Virus record (IMG/VR): IMGVR_UViG_3300024239_000003
Span: 1-62,411 of that record
Direction: 5' to 3' (one strand)
Length of the DNA: 62,411 nucleotides
Origin: a virus
Of this stretch, positions 48,520-57,434 are shown one piece after another; within the stretch, counting starts at the first letter, position 1; the number at the start of each line of letters is the position of its first letter. The notes beneath the pieces were generated by a model. The model was not told where the DNA came from and made no database searches. It saw nothing but the letters and a program-made list of their open reading frames with translations. Both the position numbers and the translations under genes were made by a program.

Positions 48520-48873
48520 GTGGAAATCAAAAACGAAAATGACATCAACGGTGTGGCGTCCCTGGAGCTTCGCACGAAGCTGAAGCTGACGCAGAAAGAG
48601 TTTTGGGGGGCCGTTTGCGTTTCCGGCTCGCGCGGATGCGCATACGAAACAGGCAAAACGCCGATACCGGCGGCAGTTCGCCGACTGCTGTTCCTCCATT
48701 ACGTGCTCGGCATCCCTACGGACATCAATGACCGCGAGGTCAAGGAACTGGCGAAGGTGGCCGCCCCGGCGCGGCGCGCACGCCGCCAGATGGATGCCGC
48801 CTCCAGCCTGATCGACGAGGCGGCCGTCCTGCTCAACCGCGCGAAGGAGACGATGAATGCTCCTCTCCCGTAG
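48520..48873 (+). CDS. Cro/CII-like HTH regulator
   Basis: LRTKLKLTQKEFWGAVCVSGSRGCAYETGKTPIP is an HTH pattern. The ORF track starts it at 48478, but GTG 48520 after AGGTGGG is the preferred start. Confidence 0.7.
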   Translation: MEIKNENDINGVASLELRTKLKLTQKEFWGAVCVSGSRGCAYETGKTPIPAAVRRLLFLHYVLGIPTDINDREVKELAKVAAPARRARRQMDAASSLIDEAAVLLNRAKETMNAPLP

Positions 48874-49312
48874 CCACATCGACCAACGCGAGGCCGACCG
48901 CGCGATGATCGCCGCCGCAACTGAGCGTTTCCTGGCCGCTGGCAATGCCGTGAAGGAGTTCTCCTCCGGCGCCTGCGCTGACCTGGGCGAAGGCCGTGAC
49001 CGGATGGCTCGCGTCTTCACCATCAACCCGCAGTCGAAAGAGGATCGGCCGCGTCCCCGCAGGAAGGCGCCGGCGCGCCGCGCTCCATCCCAGGGCAACC
49101 CGGAGGCGCTGAAGAAAGCGCATGCCGTGAAAAGCGAGATGCGCCGCCGCGAGCGCGAGGTCCTGTCCGCGAAAGTGGCGATCCATGCCGGGCTCGGCGA
49201 CACCATCACGGAAACCGCCAGGGCGCTCGGCATCAGCCGGAATCACCTGAAGCGGATCGCCCGCGAGCACAACATCAGCTTCACCACCACCCCCGGCCGC
49301 AAGGCCCAATAA
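48857..49312 (+). CDS. Hypothetical protein with C-terminal HTH
   Basis: ...[26 protein letters not shown] is an HTH at the C-terminus. Confidence 0.7.
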   Translation: MLLSRSHIDQREADRAMIAAATERFLAAGNAVKEFSSGACADLGEGRDRMARVFTINPQSKEDRPRPRRKAPARRAPSQGNPEALKKAHAVKSEMRRREREVLSAKVAIHAGLGDTITETARALGISRNHLKRIAREHNISFTTTPGRKAQ

Positions 49313-49329
49313 CCAAGAGGAAAGCCCCC

Positions 49330-50232
49330 ATGTTCTTCCGTAACGCACTGATCTACCGCTTCGCCCAGCACATCGACCTGAAGCCCGACGCCCTGGCCGA
49401 GGCCCTGGCCACCAAGCCGCACCGCGAGCCGGCATCCCAGGAGCTGACGACCTACGGCTTTGTCCCGCCGTTCGGCTCTGAGCTGGTGCAGCACGTCGAT
49501 GGCGCGATGCTGATCGCCGCCAAGAAGACCGAGCGCATCCTGCCCGGCGCCGTGGTCCGCGAGGAGCTGGCGAAGAAGGTCGCCGAGATCGAAGAGCAGC
49601 AGATGCGCAAGGTCTACAAGAAGGAGAAGGACCAGCTCAAAGACGAGATCATTCTGAACCTGCTGCCGCGCGCGTTCCTGCGCCACAAGGCGACCTTCGC
49701 CATCATCGGCGAGGAGTTCATCATCGTGGACGCCACCAGCGCGCGCCACGCCGAGGACCTGCTGTCTACCCTGCGCGAAGCCCTGGGCTCCCTGCCGGTG
49801 CGGCCGCTGGCCGTGAAGGTCGCGCCGACCGCCAGCATGACCGACTGGGTGAAGACCCAGGAGGCGCCGGGCGACTTCCACCTCCTCGACGAATGTGACC
49901 TGCGCGACACCCACGAGGACGGCGGCATCGTCCGCTGCAAGCGCCAGGACCTGACCAGCGAGGAAACCCAGTTGCACCTGACCGCCGGCAAGCTGGTGAC
50001 GAAGCTGTCGATGGCCTGGGGCGACAAGCTCTCGTTCGTGCTGGACGACAAGCTGGCGATCAAGCGCCTCCGGTTCGAGGACCTGCTGCAAGAGCAGGCC
50101 GAGAAGGACGGCGGCGAAGATGCCCACGGACAGTTGGTCGCATCTCTGGCAATCGCGGCCGGCTCGCTCTACGAATTGATCGCCGCGCTTACCGAAGCGC
50201 TCGGCGGTGAAGAATTACCTACAGGGGTCTGA
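49330..50232 (+). CDS. rdgC: Recombination-associated protein RdgC
   Basis: [11 protein letters not shown]..., the 300-aa length and the overall pattern are typical of RdgC. Confidence 0.85.
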   Translation: MFFRNALIYRFAQHIDLKPDALAEALATKPHREPASQELTTYGFVPPFGSELVQHVDGAMLIAAKKTERILPGAVVREELAKKVAEIEEQQMRKVYKKEKDQLKDEIILNLLPRAFLRHKATFAIIGEEFIIVDATSARHAEDLLSTLREALGSLPVRPLAVKVAPTASMTDWVKTQEAPGDFHLLDECDLRDTHEDGGIVRCKRQDLTSEETQLHLTAGKLVTKLSMAWGDKLSFVLDDKLAIKRLRFEDLLQEQAEKDGGEDAHGQLVASLAIAAGSLYELIAALTEALGGEELPTGV

Positions 50233-50233
50233 A

Positions 50234-50356
50234 ATGACTGGAATGCTCTTGGCCGGCATCGTGATCGGCGCGGTCCTCGGATACTTCGGGCGCATGCTGG
50301 ATGAACGGCAGCGCCACCGGAATGGATGGGAGAAAGGTGAAACTCTACGTTCGTAA
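50234..50356 (+). CDS. Possible 40-aa membrane peptide
   Basis: Hand-translated MTGMLLAGIVIGAVLGYFGRMLDERQRHRNGWEKGETLRS. Starts 2 nt after the rdgC stop. Confidence 0.35.
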   Translation: MTGMLLAGIVIGAVLGYFGRMLDERQRHRNGWEKGETLRS

Positions 50357-50807
50357 GGTCCAAGGGGGCGTGCTCGTCCCTGACAACGACGAGACCGCCG
50401 AATGGCTCCAGAAGGTGAAGAACGGTGAGGCCCTGGCCGCCGAGATCACGCGGCCACGGAATTACAAGTTCTTCAAGAAGATGTTCGCCCTGGCCCGCGT
50501 GTGTTTCGACTACTTCGTCGAGCAGTACGACACCGGCCTTGAGTACAAGGGCATGAAGGCGCAGCCCTCATTCGAGCGGTTCCGCAAGGATATGACGATC
50601 CTGGCAGGCCACTACGACGCGACCTACGACATCAACGGTCGCGTCCGCCTGGAGGCGAAGTCTTGGTCCTGGGCGAACTGCTCGGAGGAGGAGCAGCAGC
50701 AAATCTACTCCGACTTCATCAACGTGGCGCTCAAGAAGGTCTTCAGGATGTCCGTGTCCGAGGAGCAGCTACGGAAGATGGTCGATGACATATTGGCATT
50801 CGCATGA
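50337..50807 (+). CDS. DUF1367-family protein
   Basis: VKLYVRKVQGGVLVPDNDETAEWLQKVKNGEALAAEITRPRNYKFFKKMFAL... GTG 50337 follows GGGAGAAAG. Confidence 0.7.
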   Translation: MKLYVRKVQGGVLVPDNDETAEWLQKVKNGEALAAEITRPRNYKFFKKMFALARVCFDYFVEQYDTGLEYKGMKAQPSFERFRKDMTILAGHYDATYDINGRVRLEAKSWSWANCSEEEQQQIYSDFINVALKKVFRMSVSEEQLRKMVDDILAFA

Positions 50808-51115
50808 GAGTTGAGAGCCAGAAATACCGCGACTTCGCGCGCGGCCAGGACTGCACCGTCCGCTTTCCGGGCGTGTGCAACTTCAATCCAGAGACAACCG
50901 TGCTGGCGCACCTGCCCTGTGGACAGAAGGGCACCGGCATGAAGGGCTTCGATACGGTCGCCGTCGATGCGTGCTCCGCCTGCCATGACGTGATCGACGG
51001 CCGGGTCGCCGGCGTCGAGATCGACTGGCGCGACATGCTCCGTGCCGTCGCTGAAACCCAAGAGCGCCGGATCGCCGCCGGCATCATCACCATCAAGGGC
51101 ATGAAAGCCCGCTGA
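50804..51115 (+). CDS. DUF1364/YbcO-like putative nuclease
   Basis: ...ARGQDCTVRFPGVCNFNPETTVLAHLP...CSACHDVIDG... is a Cys/His pattern typical of DUF1364. Confidence 0.7.
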   Translation: MRVESQKYRDFARGQDCTVRFPGVCNFNPETTVLAHLPCGQKGTGMKGFDTVAVDACSACHDVIDGRVAGVEIDWRDMLRAVAETQERRIAAGIITIKGMKAR

Positions 51116-51128
51116 TCGAGGAAAGGAC

Positions 51129-51926
51129 GTGAAGCACAGCCATTACTTCAAGCCCGTTACCGGCCTGACGCACATCGACGTGTACCGCGTGCTGCGCCTG
51201 TTCGAAGTGACCGACCCGTGCCTCCAGCACGCCATCAAGAAACTTCTGGTGGCCGGTGGCCGGGGCGCCAAAGACATCAGCCAGGACGTGCAGGAGGCCG
51301 TCGATACCCTGGAGCGCTGGAAGGCTATGCGCGGCGAGGATGTTGCTACCGCTTGCCCGCCGTGTGACGCATGCGGCGCAGTCTTCGACGGCCCTTGCGG
51401 GCTTGGGGGCGGTGAGCACTGTCCCAGGACCGCCATCACCGGGACCGGGGTTGATCCCGTTGTCGTTGCCAACGTGAATGCGTTCAACGCTTTCGATGAG
51501 GCCCGCGCCGACATCATCGGCCAGAACGGCAACACCGGCGAGCACTACGAGGAGCAGGAGCCCGAGCGCCCGCGCCACGTCTGTAGCGGTTGCGGCCAGG
51601 GCCATCCGCTGCACCGCTGCACCGCCGGCAACGAGCCCGAGCAGGCTCCTGCCTACAGCCCCGTGAAGGTCGCGGAAAAGCAGGAGCTTCCGATCACTGA
51701 CGGCCTCGTCGATCCGACCGGGAAACCGTCGTGGGATGACGCCCCGCACTGGGCCATGTGGCTGACCCAGGACAAGGACGGAGTATGGCGCTTCTGGAAG
51801 AACAAGCCGGCCATCAGCGGCAACGTCTGGTATGCGCGCGGCATCTACCAAGAGTTCAACTCCGGCGAGGTCGTCGGCCGCTGGCAGGATCGCCTGGAAT
51901 CGGCGCCGGGGAGGATCGTGACATGA
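51129..51926 (+). CDS. Hypothetical protein (265 aa)
   Basis: GTG start after GAGGAAAGGAC, normal composition. Confidence 0.7.
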   Translation: MKHSHYFKPVTGLTHIDVYRVLRLFEVTDPCLQHAIKKLLVAGGRGAKDISQDVQEAVDTLERWKAMRGEDVATACPPCDACGAVFDGPCGLGGGEHCPRTAITGTGVDPVVVANVNAFNAFDEARADIIGQNGNTGEHYEEQEPERPRHVCSGCGQGHPLHRCTAGNEPEQAPAYSPVKVAEKQELPITDGLVDPTGKPSWDDAPHWAMWLTQDKDGVWRFWKNKPAISGNVWYARGIYQEFNSGEVVGRWQDRLESAPGRIVT

Positions 51927-52390
51927 GCGCTCGCCTCTCCGAAGCAGAGTTCGCCAAGCTGAAGGGCCGGGCCCGGCCCGCCTCCGGCCATAAGCGATGG
52001 CAGGCTCTCGGCCGCCTACCCAAGGGCACGATGAACAAGACCGAGCGCGAGTATGCCGACCTGCTGGACCAGCAGAAGGCGGCCGGCGAGATCATCGACT
52101 ACAAGTTCCACCCCATGCGCATCAGGCTGGCGGACAACACCTACTACGAGGTGGACTTCCTGGTCCTGCATGCCGACCAGTCGCTGGCGATCCACGAGAC
52201 CAAGGGCGGCTTCACCTCCGAAAAGGGACAGATGAAGATCAAGCTGGTCGCCGAGCTGATGCCCTGGTTCGGCTTCTTCAAGGCGGTCAAGCAGGCCAAG
52301 AAGGATGGCGGCGGCTTCAGGCTGGAGGACTTTTCTCGCGGCCTGAGTGTTGCGGAAATCGAAACAATACAGAAGGATGCAGAACAATGA
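51923..52390 (+). CDS. DUF1064-family PD-(D/E)xK endonuclease-like protein
   Basis: ...NKTEREYADLLDQQKAAGEIIDYKFHP...YYEVDFLVLH...AIHETKG... ATG 51923 overlaps the upstream stop. Confidence 0.7.
   Translation: MSARLSEAEFAKLKGRARPASGHKRWQALGRLPKGTMNKTEREYADLLDQQKAAGEIIDYKFHPMRIRLADNTYYEVDFLVLHADQSLAIHETKGGFTSEKGQMKIKLVAELMPWFGFFKAVKQAKKDGGGFRLEDFSRGLSVAEIETIQKDAEQ
52350..52365 (+). promoter_or_regulatory. AATCGAAAC motif site (TTGCGGAAATCGAAAC)
   Basis: Lies 22 nt upstream of the oxygenase gene start, inside the end of the preceding gene. Confidence 0.4.
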
Positions 52391-53130
52391 TTCACCGATT
52401 GCACCCCGACCTACGCACCCATCTGCCGGCGCTGCTGGAGATCATCACCTGCGCCAAGGAGGTGACGGACGATCCAGAGCGCCTGACCGAGCTGATCGAG
52501 GAGGATAGCGACTGGCTGGCCGCCTGGACCTGGGCGCGCGACCTACTGGTAAACAACCGCGTCACCGGTCTCGCCGGCTCCGCCTTCGGCCTGCCTCTCC
52601 TCGATCCGGCCTACTGCGACGAGCTGGTCGCCCACGCCGAGCGCCTGGGCAAGGAGGTCGGCCACCGGCCGAACCCCGAGGAGGAGTCGCCGTACCAGAT
52701 ACCCGAGCTGGTGCTGGCGCACGTAGCGCCCGAGCTGCATGCCGAGGTGGTGGAGCTGATCAGCTTCCTGAACGTCTGGTTCCTGCTGATCTACCAGATC
52801 GAGGCGCGCGGTATCGCCTCCATTCAGTTCGCCAAGTACGAGCCGAACGGCACCGCGCACGGCAACTGGCACCACGACCGCGACAGCGACCTGACCGCCG
52901 TGGTCAGCCTCGCGCCCGAGCTGCACCTGGGCGGCGGCACCGACGTGCGCATGAGCCCGGTGGACTACCTGAGCGTCCCGCCGCTGCCCAAGGGCTACGC
53001 CCTGGTCTTCGACGGCAAGCACATCCAGCACCGTGGCCGCGCCGTCGAGGCGGGCGTGCGCCATCTGCTGGTGTTCTGGCTGACTGCTGCCGGCAGTGTT
53101 CCGGTTTCCGAAACGGCACAGGTAGAATAG
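52387..53130 (+). CDS. 2OG-Fe(II) oxygenase superfamily protein
   Basis: ...NWHHDRDSDLTAVVSL...KHIQHRGRAV... gives the HxD...H facial triad plus a basic residue. Confidence 0.65.
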   Translation: MIHRLHPDLRTHLPALLEIITCAKEVTDDPERLTELIEEDSDWLAAWTWARDLLVNNRVTGLAGSAFGLPLLDPAYCDELVAHAERLGKEVGHRPNPEEESPYQIPELVLAHVAPELHAEVVELISFLNVWFLLIYQIEARGIASIQFAKYEPNGTAHGNWHHDRDSDLTAVVSLAPELHLGGGTDVRMSPVDYLSVPPLPKGYALVFDGKHIQHRGRAVEAGVRHLLVFWLTAAGSVPVSETAQVE

Positions 53131-53168
53131 CGACACGAAGTAGGCCGCGCTGAACGGCCAATAAAAAA

Positions 53169-53205
53169 CCCCCGATCTTCAGCGGCCTGCCAGCCTGATC
53201 GGGGG
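53169..53205. terminator. Hairpin CCCCCGATC-19 nt-GATCGGGGG flanked by an A-run and TT
   Basis: AAAAAACCCCCGATC...GATCGGGGGTT lies between the oxygenase gene and the next operon segment. Confidence 0.45.
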
Positions 53206-53230
53206 TTCCTCGCAAGGAGGTGCCCAGTAT

Positions 53231-53488
53231 ATGGCACACGACGGCGCTTTGCATAACCCCACCACCAACAGCCAGTGCGCCCGCATTCTCGCGTGGCTCC
53301 AGCTCGGCAAGCCCATCACCGCGCACGTCGCGCGCAGCGAGTTCGGATGCGACCGGCTCGCCGCCAGGATCAAGGACCTGCGCAACGACGGGCACACGAT
53401 CCACACCAAGACGATCAAGGTCTTCAACCGCGAGGGCCAGCCCTGCCGCGTAGCCGAATACTGGCTGGTGGAGGGCGGCTCGGTATGA
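53231..53488 (+). CDS. Winged-helix/HTH protein (HTH_39-like)
   Basis: NSQCARILAWLQLGKPITAHVARSEFGCDRLAARIKDLRNDGHTIHT... Confidence 0.7.
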   Translation: MAHDGALHNPTTNSQCARILAWLQLGKPITAHVARSEFGCDRLAARIKDLRNDGHTIHTKTIKVFNREGQPCRVAEYWLVEGGSV

Positions 53489-54237
53489 CCATGCAACGCA
53501 AGTTCCAGGGCGTTTGGATTCCGGCCGATCTTTGGCTGGATCGTTCTCTCTCGCTCGTGGAGAAGGTCATGCTGGTGGAAATCGGCAGCCTTCAGGACGA
53601 GGAGCGCGGCTGCTACGCCAGCAACGCCCACTTCGCCGAGTTCTTCGGCCTATCAATCTCCAGGGTGTCGGAGATCATCAGCGGCCTCGCCGAGAAGGGA
53701 TACCTGCGCGTCGAGCAGGTCCGCGAGGGCAAGCGCATCGTAGAGCGGCGCGTCTACCTGAAGGACCCCTTCGGAAAACCGAATACCCCTTCGGAAAAGG
53801 CGGTGAACCCCTTCGGAAAAGGCGGTGAACCCCCTTCGGAAAAGGCGAAGGGGAATAATACATCTGGGAGTAATACAGGGAATAAACCAGCTCTCTCTGA
53901 TGCTGAAAGTATCGACGCCCTGTTCGACGAGTTCTGGAAGGCATACCCGAGGAAAGTCGGCAAGGACGCGGCGCGGAAAGCCTTCTCCAAGCGCAAGCCG
54001 ACGCGCGAACTACTGGACCTGATGCTGGTCGCAGTGACTGAGCAGTCCAAGTCTTTCGACTGGAGGAAGGATGCCGGCCGCTTCATCCCGCACCCGGCCA
54101 CTTGGCTGAACCAGGGCCGGTGGCAGGACGAGATCGCGCCATCCGCGCGGGTCATGCCGGGCGGAAAGCACCATGGGCTTGATGCCAGGGACTACGGCAG
54201 CGGGTCCGAAGAGACCGTACTTGTCGGGGGGCTGTGA
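53485..54237 (+). CDS. Replication initiator (lambda O/DnaD-like N-terminal wHTH)
   Basis: ...WIPADLWLDRSLSLVEKVMLVEIGSLQDEERGCYASNAHFAEFFGLSISRVSEIISGLAEKGYLRVE... The gene contains iterons internally. Confidence 0.8.
   Translation: MTMQRKFQGVWIPADLWLDRSLSLVEKVMLVEIGSLQDEERGCYASNAHFAEFFGLSISRVSEIISGLAEKGYLRVEQVREGKRIVERRVYLKDPFGKPNTPSEKAVNPFGKGGEPPSEKAKGNNTSGSNTGNKPALSDAESIDALFDEFWKAYPRKVGKDAARKAFSKRKPTRELLDLMLVAVTEQSKSFDWRKDAGRFIPHPATWLNQGRWQDEIAPSARVMPGGKHHGLDARDYGSGSEETVLVGGL
53766..53845. repeat. Four iterons CCCCTTCGGAAAA(G/C)(G/C) at 53766, 53786, 53808 and 53831 (candidate origin)
   Basis: Direct repeats spaced 20-23 nt apart, each with internal dyad CCTT...AAGG. An AT-rich stretch (53851-53920) follows, all inside the initiator gene. 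Confidence 0.7.
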
Positions 54238-55025
54238 TGCAGGAGATTTCGACCATCATCAGCGAAATGGATCGTCGCTTCGGGATCACGAAGAAGCGCC
54301 GTAGCACCTGCGAGGTGCATGGCGACTTCGTGTCCGCGCTGATCGAGCGCACCGGCAACTGGACGAGCTGCCCGGAGTGCTCGCGCGAGGAGCAGAGCCG
54401 CATCGAGCAGGAGGAGCAGCAGCGCGAGCGCGAGCGCCGTGCATCGCAGCGCGTTATGGCGCTGCTTGGCCGCTCCGCGATCCCTCCGCGCTTCGAGAGC
54501 AAGACCTTTCAGGACTACCGCGTCGAGGGCGACCGCCAGCGCGCAGCCATGGAGGCCTGCCGCGACTATGCCGAGACCTTCCCTGAGCGCCTGGAGGACG
54601 GCCGCTGCCTGCTGTTGCTCGGCCCGCCGGGCACCGGAAAAACTCACCTCGCCACCGCCATCGCCGGCGAGGTGATCCGCCGGCACCGGATGTCCGCTGT
54701 CTACTCGACCGTCACCGACGCGGTGCGACAGTTCAAGGACAACTGGACGACCCGCGCCAGGGCGGAGAGCGACATCATCGACGCCTACGCCTCGCCGTCC
54801 CTGCTGGTGCTGGACGAGATCGGCATGGGCTGGGGGAGCGATACCGAGCTGCTGTACCTCTTCGAGATCATCAACGCCCGGTATCAGGCGAAGCGCCCGA
54901 CCGTGTTCGCCGGCAACATCGAGCGCGATCAGGTGCGCGCCTGCCTGGGCGACCGGGTTGCCGATCGACTGAACGAGGCCGGCGGCCGGACTATCCTCTG
55001 CAAGTGGGCGTCTGCTCGCGCGTAG
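54237..55025 (+). CDS. DnaC/IstB-like helicase loader ATPase
   Basis: Walker A LLGPPGTGKTHLA, Walker B LLVLDEIG. The start overlaps the initiator stop (GTGATG). Confidence 0.88.
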   Translation: MQEISTIISEMDRRFGITKKRRSTCEVHGDFVSALIERTGNWTSCPECSREEQSRIEQEEQQRERERRASQRVMALLGRSAIPPRFESKTFQDYRVEGDRQRAAMEACRDYAETFPERLEDGRCLLLLGPPGTGKTHLATAIAGEVIRRHRMSAVYSTVTDAVRQFKDNWTTRARAESDIIDAYASPSLLVLDEIGMGWGSDTELLYLFEIINARYQAKRPTVFAGNIERDQVRACLGDRVADRLNEAGGRTILCKWASARA

Positions 55026-55114
55026 AGCGCGGTGGCGGCATGGATGCTGCCGACGCCATGGGTAAGCGAAGAAAACGCCGCCTGCGCGAAATCTGGCGGC
55101 CTCCTGGGGGTGAT

Positions 55115-55594
55115 ATGTTCCTTTCCGTCGATGACTTTCCCGCGATCCGCTCGCTTGCCGGCCAGCTCCAGGCCCAGGCCGACCAGCTCCGCCAGTTCGC
55201 GGAGAACGCCTCGCGGTCGTTCATGGAGTGGCCGGAGCCGCTGCACGGCGGCGGCTGGGATGTGTTCGCGCTGAAGTGGCAGGGCGAGGTCGTGCTGCCG
55301 GTGATCGAGCTGTTTCCCTGGCTGGCGCGTGCCCTGGTGTTCAACGCCGGCTTCTCCAGGCTGGCGCCGGGCACGGTGATCGTGCCGCACGTCGGCTACA
55401 CGAGCGATGTCCTGCGCCTGCACCTGGGGCTCGACTGCCCGCCGGGCGCGAGCATCACTGTCGGGGAGGAAGCGCGCGAGTGGCGCGACGGGGAGGTCCT
55501 GCTGTTCGACGACACGCTACTGCACAGCGCGCGGAACGATGGGGATCGGGATCGGCTGATCCTGCTGGTGGACGTAATGAAAAGCGGGCACTAG
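55115..55594 (+). CDS. Aspartyl/asparaginyl beta-hydroxylase-family (cupin) oxygenase-like protein
   Basis: ...WDVFALKW...GTVIVPHVGYTSDVLRLHLGL...WRDGEVLLFDDTLLHSARNDGDRDRLILLVD matches the Asp/Asn hydroxylase pattern. An alternative start is ATG 55040. Confidence 0.65.
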   Translation: MFLSVDDFPAIRSLAGQLQAQADQLRQFAENASRSFMEWPEPLHGGGWDVFALKWQGEVVLPVIELFPWLARALVFNAGFSRLAPGTVIVPHVGYTSDVLRLHLGLDCPPGASITVGEEAREWRDGEVLLFDDTLLHSARNDGDRDRLILLVDVMKSGH

Positions 55595-55770
55595 GCCCGC
55601 TCAAGGAGTTGTTCGAGGAAGTCGGCCGGCTGCATGCCCGCCTTGCTGGCCAGGACCTCCAGTCGCGCCCTGGCCTTTGCGCTCACCCAGTAGGAGAGCT
55701 TCACCTTGCCCTCGGCGATCCGCTTCTCGTACAGGCGCTTCGCGCGCTCGTTTCTGGTTCTGTCGGTCAT
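55591..55770 (-). CDS. Ribbon-helix-helix (CopG/Arc-like) protein, 59 aa (below the ORF-track cutoff)
   Basis: Hand-translated MTDRTRNERAKRLYEKRIAEGKVKLSYWVSAKARARLEVLASKAGMQPADFLEQLLERA. Confidence 0.6.
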   Translation of the reverse strand: MTDRTRNERAKRLYEKRIAEGKVKLSYWVSAKARARLEVLASKAGMQPADFLEQLLERA

Positions 55771-55782
55771 TCTCTACTCCGG

Positions 55783-55953
55783 TTATGGGTGGAAGCGCTC
55801 AAGGAGCTTGCCGCCGAATTTCTTGCCGTCTGGCATCACCACTACCTCGCCGCGAGGGAGCGCGAGCAGAACATAGGGGATGCCCTCGTAAATGGCCTTG
55901 GCCTGGGCCAGCCTGATCTTTTCGAGATACCAGTCTCGGGAGTGCCTGCGCAT
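55783..55953 (-). CDS. Small protein, 56 aa (below the ORF-track cutoff)
   Basis: MRRHSRDWYLEKIRLAQAKAIYEGIPYVLLALPRGEVVVMPDGKKFGGKLLERFHP. Lies 12 nt upstream of the RHH gene. Confidence 0.5.
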   Translation of the reverse strand: MRRHSRDWYLEKIRLAQAKAIYEGIPYVLLALPRGEVVVMPDGKKFGGKLLERFHP

Positions 55954-55957
55954 CGCG

Positions 55958-56230
55958 TCATCCTCCCCGGCGCCGCCGGGCCGGTATCGTTGCGAAGACG
56001 AAGTAGCTCTCCGTCCAGCGCTCGAAGTAGCGCCCGCGCTCGCTGACCTCAGAGCGCCGGAACTCCATGCCCATGCCGGAGCCGCCGCGCATCGGCAGCA
56101 TGTCGCCCTCGATGAGCGTCTGCACGATGTCCGAGTCGGGGAAGAACTCGACGGTGTAGGTGATGCCCTCCAGCGCGAGCACGGCGCGCGCCGTGCTGCC
56201 TTGGGCCGATGGTCGGATCGCTTCGAACAT
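55958..56230 (-). CDS. Hypothetical protein (90 aa)
   Basis: ATG 56230 after GAGGTCCGCC. Begins MFEAIRPSAQGSTARAVLALEGITYTVEFFPDSDIV... Confidence 0.65.
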   Translation of the reverse strand: MFEAIRPSAQGSTARAVLALEGITYTVEFFPDSDIVQTLIEGDMLPMRGGSGMGMEFRRSEVSERGRYFERWTESYFVFATIPARRRRGG

Positions 56231-56238
56231 GGCGGACC

Positions 56239-56397
56239 TCAGATCAGGAAAGCCAGGACCAGCAGCAGGCCGGTCACGATCAGCTCGACCGGGCGCGGCA
56301 TGTCGCGGTCGCCGATCATGCGCTCTCCCAGGGCGTGCTGGCGCTCGATGTGCTGTTGAACCTGCGCCGGGGTGGCGCGCTCGGCCTGGCGCTTCAT
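56239..56397 (-). CDS. Tail-anchored small membrane protein, 52 aa (below the ORF-track cutoff)
   Basis: MKRQAERATPAQVQQHIERQHALGERMIGDRDMPRPVELIVTGLLLVLAFLI. Confidence 0.5.
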   Translation of the reverse strand: MKRQAERATPAQVQQHIERQHALGERMIGDRDMPRPVELIVTGLLLVLAFLI

Positions 56398-56840
56398 GCC
56401 TGCGATCCTCTGCCCAGGCGCTTCGCGCGCTCGGCCAGCATGGCGTCCGCGATGTCGTAAGCGGATTCAGCCATCGCCTCCGGCGTCGAGCCGCGAGTGT
56501 GGTATGCATCGATGAGCAGCGAGGGCAGCACGCGCATGGCGATGTCGTCGAGCAGGTCGTTGAGGAAGTCGGCGCCTTCGGCCTGAGCCTGGGAGCGCGG
56601 CGTCTGGCCGGTGTACGGCAGGCCTTTCTTGAAGCGCGCGATCATCTCGCGCAGCGCCGCCGGAGTGGTCACGGCGCCGGCGGTGTTGGTGAAGATCGCC
56701 GCCCAGCCACGGGACAGCTTCACCTGCATCAGCTCGAACTCGCCCTTGCCCTTCCGCCAGGGCAGCTTGTTCTCGTCCATCCAGCGCTGGAACGCCAGAA
56801 TATCGTCGGTTTTCAGCAGGTTGCGGTCATGGGAAGCCAT
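56394..56840 (-). CDS. Hypothetical early protein (148 aa)
   Basis: ATG after GAGAGGTAACACCCCC, normal composition. Confidence 0.75.
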   Translation of the reverse strand: MASHDRNLLKTDDILAFQRWMDENKLPWRKGKGEFELMQVKLSRGWAAIFTNTAGAVTTPAALREMIARFKKGLPYTGQTPRSQAQAEGADFLNDLLDDIAMRVLPSLLIDAYHTRGSTPEAMAESAYDIADAMLAERAKRLGRGSQA

Positions 56841-56868
56841 GGGGGTGTTACCTCTCGTTCTTGGGGAT

Positions 56869-56887
56869 GGGCGCCGCGCGGGCGCCC
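56869..56887 (-). other. Intercistronic hairpin GGGCGCC-GCGCG-GGCGCCC
   Basis: Between a stop codon (56898) and the next start (56840) of the minus-strand early operon. Confidence 0.6.
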
Positions 56888-56897
56888 GCCCTGGTGG

Positions 56898-57413
56898 TCA
56901 GCCCTTCGGCTGGTCGATGGTCTGGATCGCGGTGTTCAGGGCTAGCTGTACGCGCTCCTGAATGCGCTTGTTCGCCACTCGCACGACCTCGGCGTTGATT
57001 GCCTGCTCGATGCGCTGGTCCAGGGTTTCAAGGATCAGCGCGGCACGCTGCTTCACCAGCTTGTCGATGTGCTCAGCGTGGCGCTTGCTGAACTCGTCAC
57101 GCACGCGCACCGCGATGGCCTCGGCCATGTGCGAGCCATCCCGAACTTCCAGGCCGGCATTCCAGCCCTGCTTGCGGGCGAACGCCCGCGCGATTTGCTG
57201 CTCCAGATCGATGTGCGCGGCGACCTTGGACACGGCAGCATCGAGGTACTTCTGCACCTCCGGGCTGAGCTGGCCCTTGACGTACTGGCTCGCAGCCTGG
57301 GTGAGCACGGCATTCTGGAGCTGGACGCGGGCTTCGGTCCCCTCCGGGAAAAGCGCTTCGAGGGCCTGGGCATTCAGGCGGATGATCAGCTTGTTGCTGT
57401 CGCTATGAGACAT
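56898..57413 (-). CDS. Hypothetical early protein (171 aa)
   Basis: ATG 57413 after GAGGAG. Begins MSHSDSNKLIIRLNAQALEALFPEG... Confidence 0.75.
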   Translation of the reverse strand: MSHSDSNKLIIRLNAQALEALFPEGTEARVQLQNAVLTQAASQYVKGQLSPEVQKYLDAAVSKVAAHIDLEQQIARAFARKQGWNAGLEVRDGSHMAEAIAVRVRDEFSKRHAEHIDKLVKQRAALILETLDQRIEQAINAEVVRVANKRIQERVQLALNTAIQTIDQPKG

Positions 57414-57434
57414 GGGGAGTTCTCCTCGTTGTTG

